Shown here: positions 37,375 through 50,845 of the stretch, one piece after another
How the letters are laid out: the number at the start of each line of letters is the position of its first letter
How positions within the stretch are numbered: position 1 is the first letter of the stretch
NCBI RefSeq assembly: GCF_026571515.1
Contig: NW_026857770.1
Coordinates: 186,001-250,000, forward strand
Reading direction: 5' to 3'
Source: Ruditapes philippinarum
Taxonomy: Eukaryota
Length of the DNA stretch: 64,000 nt
Made by a program: the position numbers and the translations under genes
The notes under the pieces: model-generated
Seen by the model: only the letters and a program-made list of their open reading frames with translations
Told to the model about the DNA's origin: nothing
Database searches by the model: none

Positions 37375-40300
37375 TTAATATGACATTACTTTAAGTTCAA
37401 TATCAGATTTTCCACTGAGATCATCTCTTGAAGTTAGATTTCCAGATATGCCTAAAGGTCCAGATGATACACCGTATGAATGTGTGTTATAATGTATGTC
37501 ATTGTTTTGCTCTGCTTGAGGATGATATAGTCTGCTTTTCAGAGAATCAGCTTTCCATTTCTTTGCAGAACTTAATTTCTTTGATATCTGTTTTCTTTTC
37601 ATGCATACAGCAATAGTAAATACTATGATTGCAATAATAAATAGCCATTTGAAAATAAAGCCTACATATCCAGAATGTTTTTGTGATGATTCATAATTGG
37701 GAAAGTCACCAGATTCATTATTCAGACCGTCACCAGTAGTAACATCATTGCCCAGTAGAGATTGGTGAAAAACTGCAAGAAAGAAAAAAGAAAACTAAAC
37801 ATTGTCAAAATGCTATCAAGGAACATATCATTTTAATCTCCTGCAAATGTTTGAATGTTTTGTTTGGTTTTACAGCGCACCAACACAATTAAGGTCATAT
37901 TGCGCCGGAACAGGAAAGATCATTATGGCTAACACCAAATGTTAACAACTTAAAGCAACACCAGGGTCATTTTAAAGCAAACCACCTCACCTGCTGGAGC
38001 TAAGAGATGCATTGACTGTGGCCCTAACACCCTGTTAATGTGTAGCCATGCCGCTTTCCGCGTAATGTACGTAGGTGTGACACTTTTAAGTTACAATAAC
38101 ATCGTCGTATGAATAAGACAATGGCTTTTTTAATACACTATATTAGATTCCTTTTTTATCTTTTAAATATTTTGTCTTGCTTAAGTCGGTGCTTGGAACG
38201 TGGAAAGTATAATGCATTTAACACTGCCATCCATGAACAGGCTAAATCAAACCGACCTTTCAGTAATTTCAATTTTGCGATTTTATTTTACGGTTTTGAA
38301 TTTACGGCTTTGATTGAAAATGAGCAGAAATTTATATTTGATTATCTTTTAAATGAATATTTTTTTTCTATTTATCAATTTATTTAACGATAACTGTATT
38401 TTATATGCATGTCATTCAACCTTTACTGTCTCAGTTAGATTTACAATAAATCTGTGAAATTGGTTTATTGCAGATACTAAAAGTAAATAAAAAAACGTAA
38501 AATAAACTCACATGGGCATGCATTGACGCAATACTCTGTTTGTCTCTTGTACGTACTTGTACATATGTACGTGCATGAATTACATCTGTTCCTATCACTT
38601 GACCAGTAATTGTCAGTATCACAGACAAACAGGGAATCTAATAATGAAACCATGTAAAGTATTAGATATTAGGTGTCTAATATATTTATCTGTTATCTTT
38701 GACAGAAAAGTTTTAAAAATGCAAATAAAAAAACAAAAACCACACAAGTGAAAAATGTCACCAAACCTTTAACCTTACAATATGCAGGAGCATTATTTGA
38801 ATAACATTGAATTAAAGATTTTAAAAAACGAAAAATGTTAAGAAAATGTCATCAAAACTTAAACCTTTGTATTATTTACATGAGCTTTATTTGAAAATCA
38901 ATGATATAGGTTATATTGACTGCTCTTGTTCAACAAAGAGAATCATTTAATCTTAATAATTTTTACTTTCATTATGAATCCAATATAATAATCACCTTGA
39001 CAGGACCTGGCCAGTATAATATTCTTTGTTTTCTCTATTTCGTCTTCGCTTCTACTATCCCATACGACAAAATGCTGTGTATTGATTGCAAGTTTTACCC
39101 ATGTTTCTGCTATACTTGTATTTACTTCTGCAAATATCACAAACGTTTTCATTTTGCTGAGCTCTTCAAAACCATTTTCTTCATCGTGTATTTCAGATTT
39201 GCTATCGACTTGGAGATACACAATTTGTGCGTCAGTTGATTTACTTCTATGGAAGTTTGAGATTGTCATTCGTACTTTTTCTGTATACGAGGTTGCATGA
39301 ATCGAAGTGTTTCCTGACAATTGTAAAATTTTGTCACTCCAATTAGTGTTTCCGCCTTGTTTCCTAAAAGACAGTGTTATATCATCTTTAGCGCCGATTG
39401 TTATCATAGATACACTTGTGTTTTCAGGGAATTCACTTATTAACATTACCAACAACCTCATCTGTTGAAAAAATGAATTATCTTCTCCACTACCCATGTA
39501 CCACATGAAAAGAGCGCTATAAGGGTTACATGTTGATTCCTCGTCGTCTACCTCAGTACCTGAAAGCCAAAAACGGTTATTGGTTATTGTTTAAAATAAA
39601 TTTCATATATAATTTAGATAATTCGATAATGAGTTGTATGAAATTTGTGTTAAAAGATGTATCATTAGCAATAACTCTCTCAGTCTTTTAAAAAAATGTA
39701 GGACGTGAAATCTTTGATATCTTAACCAAGGTTTACAGAGTTCATTTCAGACTTTTTTCTAATCATTCTGTCTATTTTAGAGAGATTAACGAGCTTTAAA
39801 GTTTTCAGTTTGAACTTATATATTGACTAAAGAACATCCTTATTTAATCATTTCAATTTCTGAAATCTATTGTTAGATAAATGAAAAACCCAGTGTGCTA
39901 TATATAGATATCGGAATTCCAGTTTAATAGCGCATTCGTGTATGCTTTAAATAGCGCCGAGCCATTCGACTATCGTATTTAACTGTTGTCAAGGCGTGTT
40001 TTATTTCATTTTATACGTATAAATGAAATATTGAGAAATACAGATGAAATTAAATGCGTAGTTCATTTTCAACATTTTCACGAGATTTTGTTCACTGAAA
40101 CATATTTTCCGTCTTTTCACTGGTGTCTTGCAGAACAACTTTTTTCTAATTCAGTCAATGCACAAAATTTAGGGAGGGATGGGGTCTTTCAAATTGTAAA
40201 GTATAAAAAGAGAAAAATGTATATTATAAACAGATAATTCAAGTTATTTTTCTATAAATACATGATTTATCTTCATTTTGTGTAATAAAATTGTCATATT

Positions 40301-40497
40301 TCACTTGATTTTTTTTCATTTATCATACAACTCAATGAAATTAAATCCTGTTATTATAGATTAAACTTGAATATCCTCCATGTATTATTTATCTTTTAAA
40401 TCGACTAGTTGAATAAATATATACCTGATATTGTATTCGCATGTCCTAATGTAATTGAAATCACAATTGTTGTATGAACCAATACAGTGAACTTCAT
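37375..40497 (-). CDS. Type I receptor copy B: signal peptide + vWA-like + TNFR-type CRD + TM + tail (386 aa)
   Basis: Exons 40425-40497, 38996-39559, 38512-38637 and 37375-37772. Same phases as copy A; first three exons the same length; the last exon has 24 extra nt in the stalk. Confidence 0.85.
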
Positions 40498-40919
40498 TTT
40501 ATCTAATAACTTTCATATTAATATCGAAATAATATTTATCCGTACTGGCATGCGAATAGTTCCCGTACAAAATCGTAGCTATATTGAAAAATTTATATTA
40601 CGTAACAAAAAATTCGGCTCGTCACACCAATTGTGGAAATCCCAATATATTCTAATTATAGAAGGGTATCGGAACTACCCATTTTTTATGAAAAGAAGTA
40701 GTTCCCGTACATTTAGTATCACCCATCATTATTATACAATAATGCATTATCGCATGGTTTGGAACTTTTTCTTTAATTGTTCTTACTATCTCATTATACT
40801 CAGTACACTTTTAAACTGTATTGGTACACTTTTAAACTGTATTGATATATAGCAGTACAGTTTTTCATTGATTCATATAGGCCAAAATCTCAACTGCTAT
40901 ATAGCAGTTGAGTTCTTTT

Positions 40920-40955
<36 letters not shown>

Positions 40956-41421
40956 CGTTTTTTTTTTCTCGTTTTTTATCAGTATAGTTTTTTCACTGAG
41001 GTTCCAATTGTAGCAGCGGTTACGAACATTCAGTAGCAAACTAAACAAAAAAGAAGCATAAGTAAAAAAGAAAATTAATGAAATGAATTATTCTTATATA
41101 ATTATGCAACTGCTGAAATCAAAAGGTACATCCGCGACATGATTTTTTTCCACTGAAGAAACCCTTAAATCTTGAATCCGAATAACTATCAGTTAACTAT
41201 CAGTCTCTATCATTGGACGTTGTTTTAAGATTGCAATATTATTTATAGTTGTAAAGGTAGCTTACGACATTAGCTGGTATCTTGGAGTGAGAAGGTAAAA
41301 AAGTGAAAGAGCACAAGAGATAGATAAATGCACGTTTTTGTTTGTTTGTTTGTTTTTTTTTTGTTTTTTTTTCTGATTTCTTTTATAAAAAAATGAAAAT
41401 GCAAAAAAAACAGTTACAGTA

Positions 41422-41596
41422 CAGTAAATGAAACTCGTAAGTTACAGGGGTATAACACTGGCTGGGGCGACATCTCGGGATGTTTCTGAAAAAAGAAATT
41501 GTCTCGGCCGAACGGTCTCGACAATTTTTAGCAAAAACACCCCTTGATGTCGCCCCAGCCAGTGTTATATCCTCGTAACTAACTCGTTTCATATAC
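41422..41596. mobile_element. Palindromic MITE-like element
   Basis: Inverted arms tataacactggctggggcgacatc and gatgtcgccccagccagtgttata. Absent from duplication unit 1. Confidence 0.7.
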
Positions 41597-44402
41597 TACA
41601 ACTATTACATATCATTCGTATCTTTTCAATGATAATCTTTGAAGAAACCATTTTTCATGAGGTACATAGGTATGCCATTTAGGAATAAAGTATGGACTAC
41701 AACGTCACATGAAATTAATGTTAGCTTATAGACTTCTGCTCTCGGTTTTATTTAACGTATGCAAAACACTTGAAAGAATCGTATATCATCACACTGTTTA
41801 TTGTAGTATTTTTTAAATTTATTAGAATACATTTGAAATTGAAATTTTATGTTCAATCAAAGTTCTGTATAGTACAAACGGTCATCTAGTTCGCCTCCAA
41901 CCTTGAATTGTACATAAACATTTGATCTTGAAAAGTTTATGATACAGCATCTTAAATATTTAAAGCGTAAATGGTAAACTTCCTCTCTTTACTTTTTACT
42001 TTTTGTATTTGTGCCGAATTTGAAGATTTGTAACAACCCTTCTTCGAGAGCCAACATCAAACACAAAGTGTGCCTCAGAGAAATATACATTATCTTACAA
42101 AAATAAAGACAAACATTAAATATTTTAGTACTATAGGTTTATACATGTTTTTTATTGTCTTTGTTTGATCGGAAATCAAATTCCTCCATTTTATCAAAAT
42201 TATATAGAAGTCTTTTCTGAACAAAATTAAATTATGGTTCTAAACTTTACGATTTTGCTTAAGGCACCAAACCAAAAACGGACACAAAGCGCGGTGAAGA
42301 GAGGAAATGGACCTGAAATAAGGACAATGATAAAAACTAAAAGGAATTAAATGGACAAGGTTTTGGTGTAAGGAAAAGACGGGGCACAAAATTGGACATA
42401 AGGGGAACTAAAAGGGAAATACTTACTGCTAACGGTAATTTGACAAGATGTGACATTATAAAACGTTTTGACATACATACAAAACAGGTAACAATAAACA
42501 AGACATACACGTGAAACAAGAAAAGATACACAGAGGGTACCGCCTAGGAACTGTCAGTAGTTATAATACTGCTGGGAAGTTTTAAAGCGCAAAAATCATC
42601 ACTCTTAGTCATTATAGGCATTCGTTTGAAAAGTAGTTTAAAAAGATACAAAATAAATACAGAATATATTCTTTAAATGTTAAGAACATATTCCTCTATT
42701 GACTTACAATTCTCCAAAAGTTAATATTAATTTCAAATAAAAAATATTTTTAACTTTCAAAATATTACCATTTTTTCCAATTTTCAAAAAGAACAATTTT
42801 AAAAAACTAAAGAAGAACATGAAGATTTAATACACGTTTCCCTGGGCGGCGATTCGGAGGTTTTCAAACTAGGTGCAGCCGTTTTATATTTTTCTGGTTA
42901 TTCGGGGTCGTTGATGTTGCAAATTGTATCGCTCAAGTCGGTGCTAGGTTTGAAATCCTTAATATTATTTAACAAGGTTTACATCAAGTTCATTTTCAGA
43001 TTGTTTTCGAATTATTTAGCCTCTTTTAGAGTGTTAAAGATTTCAGTTTGAACTTTTAAAATGACTTATGCAAATCCTACTTTAATCATATAAAATTCCT
43101 TTCGTACAATTGCATATGAATTCAAGGTAAAAAAGGCCCATGGCCCAAAATATTAAAGGAATGTATGTTCTGTTTCATCCCAGAGAGTTAACGAAGATTA
43201 GTGTTGAAAATAGCATCTAGTTCGGATTACAAAATGGTGAACATTTGCGCTATGTAATTTCAAAGTAATATTAAAAATAATCGACCTTAAGCATATAAAA
43301 AATAATACATTTTTGGTTTTGAATCTCTTTGCAATCCTGGCCGAGCTAGCCTACGAATATGGGTCTTGCACCTGACTTACGGTGAGATCCTGAAGTATGT
43401 CAAACTCATTCTTATTGCCGTTTGGTCTTGAATATCGCTGTGTGAAAGACCTGGACCTTATACCCATCGGCTCATCCAGGTGTACATTTAATAATTAAAA
43501 TAAGATCCGTATAAAATTCTAGACTTGCAAACTATTTACCAGGTCTGCACTATTGGATCATTCTTTTGATCGTCTGCTTATCTTATTTAACCATAATGGA
43601 AGTTTAAACAAATGAAACTTATAACGTCACGTTGCATACAAAACGCAATGTCTCTTATGTCTATGAACAGACAGACAGGCAATGCGATTAACTATATTAT
43701 TTAAATCTTTAATAAACCTCCCCATTTCTTTAATATTAAATGAATCTATTTGTATTGTTATCTTTGTGTGTAGTGTGCTATATATAGATGTTGGGATTTC
43801 AGTCTTTATATGGATAATAAACATTTACTTTCTCTTTAAATTAATGGTAACATTCTGTGACATAGTTCCCTAAAGAGGTTTAATTAAAGGAGCATGAAGC
43901 TTATCCATTGTAATTAATGCGTAAAGGAATTGATTCTTTATTTGTGCTTTAAAAAGCGCCACGATATTTGACTTTTTGTATTTGTACTATTGTTGTGCAG
44001 CCGAAAAACCAAGAAATTCTTTAACGAAAAACTTATGAATAAATATGCATGCTTTTAACTTTTAAAATTATCTAAAAAGACTATATGTTCAAAAATGTGT
44101 GAAATTTCAAATATGTTTAAGTTACAAATAGTTAATGTTTTTATTACAGATGTCTAATAAATAATTATGTAACCGGAAGATTAAATGTGGCTTTTCCTCT
44201 TTGTCCAATCAAATGTGCTAAAAGTTTTATTATACTCAGGTGATAATGTCGATTTAGCTGTCTGTATTTATTAACTTGTTAAACCTATGACTGATAAAAT
44301 ATCCATGTGGTGATTGTTGTAAAGTAAAATTATGAATCCCATGTTGCTATGCTACCTTATTTTGTATTTAAACTGATAGGTCATTTTGTATTTTAAGAAG
44401 TT

Positions 44403-44622
44403 TTTGTTTGTTTGTTTGTTTGTTTGATTTTACGCCTTTCCCAACAGTATTTCAGTCATATAGGCGGGTAGTTTCCTAGCCATCGTTCCTGGAGAGATAC
44501 ACCAGTACTAGACTACCTTCCTCCGCGCTAAACTACCAAAGCATCTCCCGGGGATCGAACCCACGCCAGAGAGGTAACTGGATTAGAAGTCGTCGACTCT
44601 AACCTCTCGACCACGGAGGCGG
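44403..44622 (-). mobile_element. tRNA-derived SINE with TSD
   Basis: The minus strand has A-box/B-box-like motifs (gtggtcgagagg; gggttcgatccc) and an (AAAC)n tail. 12-bp TSD ttttaagaagtt at 44391-44402 and 44623-44634. Confidence 0.8.
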
Positions 44623-44984
44623 TTTTAAGAAGTTAAAATTCAATAGGTCAGTTTAAAACTTATCCATTTTTAGAAATATTGTAAGGATAAAATATTAATT
44701 TGGACAGTTAGACTTTGGATTTCCAAGTGATATAGTTGTGGCTTTCCACAAGATAAAACTGTAACTATTTTTAATATCTATTTGTTAACATCAGGATTAC
44801 CTGCGCATATTTTATACATTATCTGTGGTAATCCGCTAAGAAAAAAAACTGTCGTATTCCGCTAAGAAAGAAGCATTAAATTACAAAACAGAACATTGTA
44901 TTTTGATTCAATGCAACTTCATTCAGCGTATAATACTATATTTGTGTTTTGTTGTGTATTTTTAATCCACTAGTGAAATAAAAT

Positions 44985-45017
44985 ACCTGAACTTGTTATC
45001 ATGTGTCCAAATGTAAC
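44985..45017 (-). pseudogene. Second, more decayed orphan signal-peptide exon relic
   Basis: aatacctgaacttgttatcatgtgtccaaatgtaa matches the 3' half of the leader exon and its donor. It is the paralogous position to 31855 in the duplicated block. Confidence 0.55.
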
Positions 45018-46381
45018 TTATTTAGAAAATCGAAAAAAATATATTTGTTCGTAGTGATAACATAAGTGAACTTGAGATTATTTATTTTCTTCATTTAATA
45101 CCAGCTTTTGAAATTATCTATAATTAGTTAAAGGGTTTTACAATTGTGTATTTTTAAACATGAGCGGCATCCATATGCATGGGTGATAAATCCAATTTAT
45201 AAACATTTATTGGCGACGCCGGTGAGCGGCGTCGTCTCTTATGGAATGCTTTTTATTTTGGCCTATGGAAGGAGCTGTTATTATTAGCAGTTAATTTCAT
45301 GTTGTGTTAATTAGATTTATTTTGATTCGTAAACATCAAGTAAACAAATATGTTGTTATATTTGTATTTAATAACTTTATATAAAAGGCACGTGCATTGT
45401 GATATTATTTTCACGAAATTGCAGGCTTAGTTTAACAGCTTGGCCCTAAGTTTTATTGACAATACTAAAACCCGGATTTCGAATATCGTTGTGGTCTACA
45501 TTGATGCCGTATCCATTCGTTCATTCATTTATATATTTTCAAAATTTTCCTACAAGAAGAAAGTTCGACTGCAAATGAGTATAAGGATAGGTAATGGACT
45601 GTTGTAAACGATTATGCTATTGATTTTATCCATTTTACGTTTATCTGTTGCACATAATGGTTGTTTTTACAAAGTGTACCAGTATCCGGATGATGACAGC
45701 TTTCCGATTTTCTGCAATTACTGCTGTCACATGGCCATCTATTTTTTTTATGAATACTTTACCATTAATTTGCATGGCATAATAAAACTTTGCCTGCAAC
45801 ATTTCTTAATTATTTGATGTTTAGGGTGTTTTTTTTTGGGTTTCAGGTTTTTTTCTATTTTAAGGGGAAGTAACTCATGTTTACTAAATTATTTGTTATT
45901 TTCTGTCTATCTTAGTTATTACTTACTATTTTTGTTTTATAAAATTACCAGTTGTAAGGTCATCAAAAGCATAGATGCCCTGATGAGTGAATATTGATAT
46001 ATATTTTTTTTACTGGCGTTATATACCCTAGACCAGATTTTTCTAGTTTGTTCAGTTAGTACATACCTAGGTATTCTGCTAGAGGAATCTTCCAATCAAT
46101 ATGTGAAATTATTATTTTCTATGTGTTTGTATATAAATTGTTAATAAAATAACCTTTGGTGAAAATGAAAGGTAGAATATTTAAGCTATACATATAGGTG
46201 CTCATTTTAAACACTTGATATATATATGCAGTTAGACTAAAGGAAGGTTAAAAGAAAGACAGTATTTGTTACTGTAAGAGATAGGCATTTAATGTTTAGA
46301 CACTCACACAATTTAATCTTTATTATATGATATAGACTATTGGGATTTTTTTTTTACTTTTATACTATACAATATCATGTA

Positions 46382-46792
46382 CATTATAGTTTTCTTTCTA
46401 CAAGATTATGAATTCCATCCAAACACCAATGTTAATAGGATGTTATATTTATTTTTAATGGAACCTGAGAATTATTAATGTAATGTGCATACAAGTGTAT
46501 CATAGTATATGGATATAATGTGTATTTCTGTATTTAAAGACTTACAGTTATGATGGATGAGACTTGCATTTAAATTTATAAATGATAATACATGTATTGA
46601 TCAGTCTACAGGTTATAGATGTTTATACCCAGTGTTAGCTGGCTAATAATAGTATCTATAATAGAGTTTATATATTATAGTTTTCTTTCTACTAGATTTT
46701 GAATTCCATCCATTAGTACCAATGTTAATGTTAATGTTAGGATTTCATATTTATTTAATAGAAACTGGGAATTATTAATGCTATGTGCATAC
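46382..46792. repeat. Imperfect direct repeat (about 110 bp, about 293-bp spacing)
   Basis: attatagttttctttctac...gaattccatcc...gaattattaatg...atgtgcataca occurs at about 46383 and about 46674. Confidence 0.65.
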
Positions 46793-47099
46793 AAAGCTCA
46801 ATCGCTACAGCCGCGGTACATTATTCTGTTGGTCACAGGTTTGAGTTCTGGTCAAGCTGAAAGTTTTTCTCATCCTTTGACTGCAAATAAACATGAGTTT
46901 AATTCACTATGCTCTGTAAACATCAGAAATTCAAGGACATGAATCAATATAGTGGGGAAATAGGTTTAGGTTTAGGACTGTTTAATTTTTAAAGACAAAA
47001 TGTGTAGCCGGCCGGATAGCTCAGTTGGTCTTCTGAAAGTCATGGGTTCGAGTCATGGTCAGGCAGTTTAAGTCAGGGTTTAGAAGTGGTTTTTCAACT

Positions 47100-48195
47100 G
47101 ACACATGTTTGATTCATTTAATAGATTGCATTTAATTTGAAATGGACAAAGGCAGTATTGCATGATACTTTTAGATCTACAAAAAGCATTTGATACAGTT
47201 GATACATCATCATCTTCAGTAATCGCCTCACTCTTCATAGAGCATAATCGCGATGAAACTAAAACTATGTACATGCGCAGCAATTGGTTTCCTCTTTACA
47301 GTTAAAAATTGTCTATTTACATCTTTTTAAAATCTGGTAAAAACTGGCAATGTGTCTAGTTGGTGGTTGTGTGTTTTGTCAGCGCCGACTTGAACCCCTC
47401 CAAGGTTGGTTTCTCAACAACTTGTATGGGTAGGTGATTCCAGAGGATGATGGTGGCCGGAAAGAAGCTACACACTATACTTTTTCTTCTTCTTCATGGA
47501 ACTTCAAGCATCTGCCATATGTAATGACATTCTTACATGGTTCAAGTCTTATCTCTGATAGCAGCTGGTTAATGTGGCTGGTACTCCTACTACTGCTCTG
47601 AGTACCTTTGGTGTCCCCCTGATGTTCATTTTGGGTCCTCTTTTATATCTAATATAATTATGTAAATGACATGTCTGCAACCCTAAGCAATAAGCTTTTA
47701 TTATATGCACATGCACAAATATCAGACCTGGGAAGAAAAAATATGACCAGATTGATAAAAAAAAAACCTGTGATCATCTTAAAAGTGTCACAAACAAAAA
47801 AAAATTGTAAATAATGACCCCCTTTAAAAATATACTTTAAGTTAATAGTATATTTTTAAAGGGGGTTATTATTTACATTTTGTTTTTGTTTTTCTTTGGT
47901 TTTAAGATGAAAACAGTTTTTTTATCAATCTGGTCATATTTTTTCTTCCCAGGTCCGATACTAGTGCCTGTGATTATATGATGATGACTCAGGTATCCTT
48001 GTATCTGGTAAAGTAAATCTTAAGATTGGTTTATTGACTATAAATTGTCTTTGCATCTTGGCAAGACAGAGTCTATTCTTTTTGGTTTAAGTTTCAACTT
48101 AAACTGGGCCTAGCCTCCAGGTCACATGACATGGTACTGCTATAAAGTACACATCTTTTGTTAAGTATTTAGGTGCAAACCTGGATCAAATTCTT
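47100..48195 (+). mobile_element. Decayed CR1/L2-like RT fragment, related to the 32366-34850 element and interrupted by insertions
   Basis: Nucleotide similarity to 33350-33930: caaaaagcatttgatacagttgat; ggtgtcccc; aaattgtctttgcatcttggcaagacagag; aagtatttaggtgcaaacctggatca. Confidence 0.75.
47708..47972. mobile_element. Fold-back MITE with 8-bp TSD (hAT-like)
   Basis: The whole element is an imperfect palindrome (cacatgcacaaatatcagacctgggaagaaaaaa...ttttttcttcccaggtccgatactagtgcctgtg). TSD attatatg at 47700-47707 and 47973-47980. Confidence 0.8.
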
Positions 48196-50845
48196 TTGGC
48201 GTCGCCCTTTGATGCTTTGCATCAATGCTTTTCTTGTAATTACAATGTAGTTAATTTGTAAGGTTGTTATGGTGACATTTGCAGAAAATATGATGATTCT
48301 GGTAAAATAAATTATTGACAATACTAAACATATTTCTTAAAGTGAGACTTTACTTTAAACTTATAATAAGATGTTAAAAGTGTTCCTAAGAGGATAATTC
48401 AATAAACTTGTGGTCATTTTTTTCTTTTTCATTTTTCTTGCCGATTTTGAAGATTTGTAACAACATTTTACCGCGAGCCATCTTCAAAAACAAAATGTGC
48501 CTCAGAAAAGCAAATTTTTATTAGAAACAAAATATATATCAGACCTTATCGTTTATAAAGAAAAGGTTTTGAATGGATCGATTAAAATGAGATGATGGTT
48601 CTAACGTATACAGTTCTGCAAAGGGCACCAAAAAGGCGCCGAACCAAAAACGGGAGAGGATACAAATTTTTTGATATCCATTACTATCTCTGTTGCTACA
48701 AAATTTGTATTGAAACGTAAGGCTATGATATAATCTTATTAGATATTTACCCCTGCTTCGTAGTTCCTTTTTATAGAAAATGTGTAAAAGACATTTCGGG
48801 GGCGGGTCAATATGTAATGCAAGTAGTATAAATTTAGCTTTTTATTTTTGTGTTTTTGGTACCACAAATGTTCGTCACCCAAGCGGTTGATAAGTGTCAA
48901 GAAAGTTATGCAAGTTATTTTTCAAAACCTGTATAAATATGGTCATAATTCTGTCACAAATATTATAGAAATGTCGTAGTAAAGAAAATGAAACACCGTC
49001 AATAAAAATCGTCCTTCGACTGGTATATAAAAGGCATACTTAGGAAGGCCTACGTTTAAACATTTAATAATAAATAAAACATCTAAAACCTTGTATTTCT
49101 GAGGAGATTATAAATAGAGAATATAAAAATATTTACTCTTTCGTTAAATTTATTGACAATATTACATAACATATTTTAAATGCATGAGGTATGTAACAGT
49201 TATTTGCATACAGATCTTAACTAAGTACAGTTCTTAATAAATATCAACAACAACAATAATAATAATAATAATTATAATAATAATTATAAATTATCTACAA
49301 TCAGGTCACATAAATGCAACAATGTGATCTAAAATAACAACATTTTTTTCTAATTGTGGGCGTTTTGATTTTATTTTCAAACGATATCCAATTAAACAGA
49401 ATGACTATAGCTAAAATAATAGTACTGTAATATAACAGCTTTCGTATCCGTCAATTTAACAAGATACAATGTGTTTAATTAGCAGTAAACTTTTTTTGTA
49501 GATAAATAACTATCAATTGTTTATTATTTCAATAAGCTATTATATTATTCATTGATATATAGCTTTTTTTTACTTTTACAAGTAACTCTACTATTTTGTA
49601 TTTACCTGTCATTTAAAATATTCAATCGCCTGTATGTCAGTAAAGAAACATAATGTATAAAGATGTCTACTAAGTAATCATTGGTAGACAGCGAATTATA
49701 ACTTTAATAGGCGACGAATTGCTATTAAGCCTAGGTTTACTCGCTTATCTGATGGAAAGTGTTACTAAATAATGTCAACTGCTTATCTAGCGTAATAACC
49801 TTAGTGAATGCCAACTGCAAAACTAAAACGACACTGGAGTAAGATACGCCTTATTTAATGTATGCTAACAGAATCTGTCCGCAGTAAAATTCATGTGTAC
49901 TAATCCTCTAACCCTAACCCATAGCACTTAGCCTGATCTATGTAACACCAACCCTAACCCTTAATTGTAACTTAAGAACTAATAGTAGTGATATTTAGAG
50001 AAACATAAACTGATAAATACTAAAGAAATAAGTATTGTGAATAGCTGCGGACATATTCTAAAGTCTAGTTTACAATTTTGTTCATTCAGCGAACATTATA
50101 ATGTTAAATATTAACTCATTGCAGACAACTAAAGACATTTTGTATCCTAAATAATGCATTTTTATTTTAACAGAAGTTCGGTTTGACAACACATTTTACA
50201 ATTTTTGCAGACAAACAGCACATTTAAACGAATTTACTATCTAAATGTTATGAAAAATAAACATAGATGTGACTTACCCTACAGGAATTAACCGCTATTC
50301 ACTTTATGACGTCATTTTACCTCCAACTCCGAAAAGTACTGACCATGGCACGCCACGGTCGAAGCTTTAATTTATTAAAATATGTTAGGGGAACGGTGGC
50401 CTTGTGGTTAATCGTTTCACGACCCTGTTTCTTTATATGAAATATGATTAACAAGATCAACAAGGAAAGGCGGCATTCGCTGAGCGCAACCCCAACACGA
50501 CCCAGCAACAAGAACCAGTAGCAAGAAGCCAAGACGTACCCAAAACAAAAACGGGACAGGGCACAAGGCAGAGCACGGACAGGAACCAGCACTGGTTGGT
50601 TCCAGGAAGCGGACTCAAAAGTGATTAATTTAAGTTGCAAAAACTTGTTTCGAAATAGGGCTTATATAAATATGTTTAAACCAATATATGTTTATCAGAA
50701 TTCCCATCACTACATTACATTAATCACAATTTCAAGGTCAGTGTTGATGTAATACAGTCAGTTCCGGTTAAATGACACTGTGTGAGTTACGTTGTAACTC
50801 ATGCTGGCGTCTATGATAGGATTCAGTAGATGACATTTTATATTT

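Larger units (their letters stand above)
34851..48420. repeat. Tandem segmental duplication, unit 2 (expanded by later insertions)
   Basis: Same anchors as unit 1. The extra length comes from a MITE (41422), a SINE (44403), a LINE relic (47100) and other insertions. Confidence 0.75.

Noticed and set aside
47007-47066. tRNA-like sequence (gccggatagctcagttggt...gggttcgagtc)
   Set aside because: The anticodon arm is missing or shortened and there is no complete cloverleaf; likely a SINE head or tRNA relic.
49905-49962. ctaaccctaaccc telomere-like motifs
   Set aside because: Only a few copies inside what looks like a repeat element; not an interstitial telomere array.
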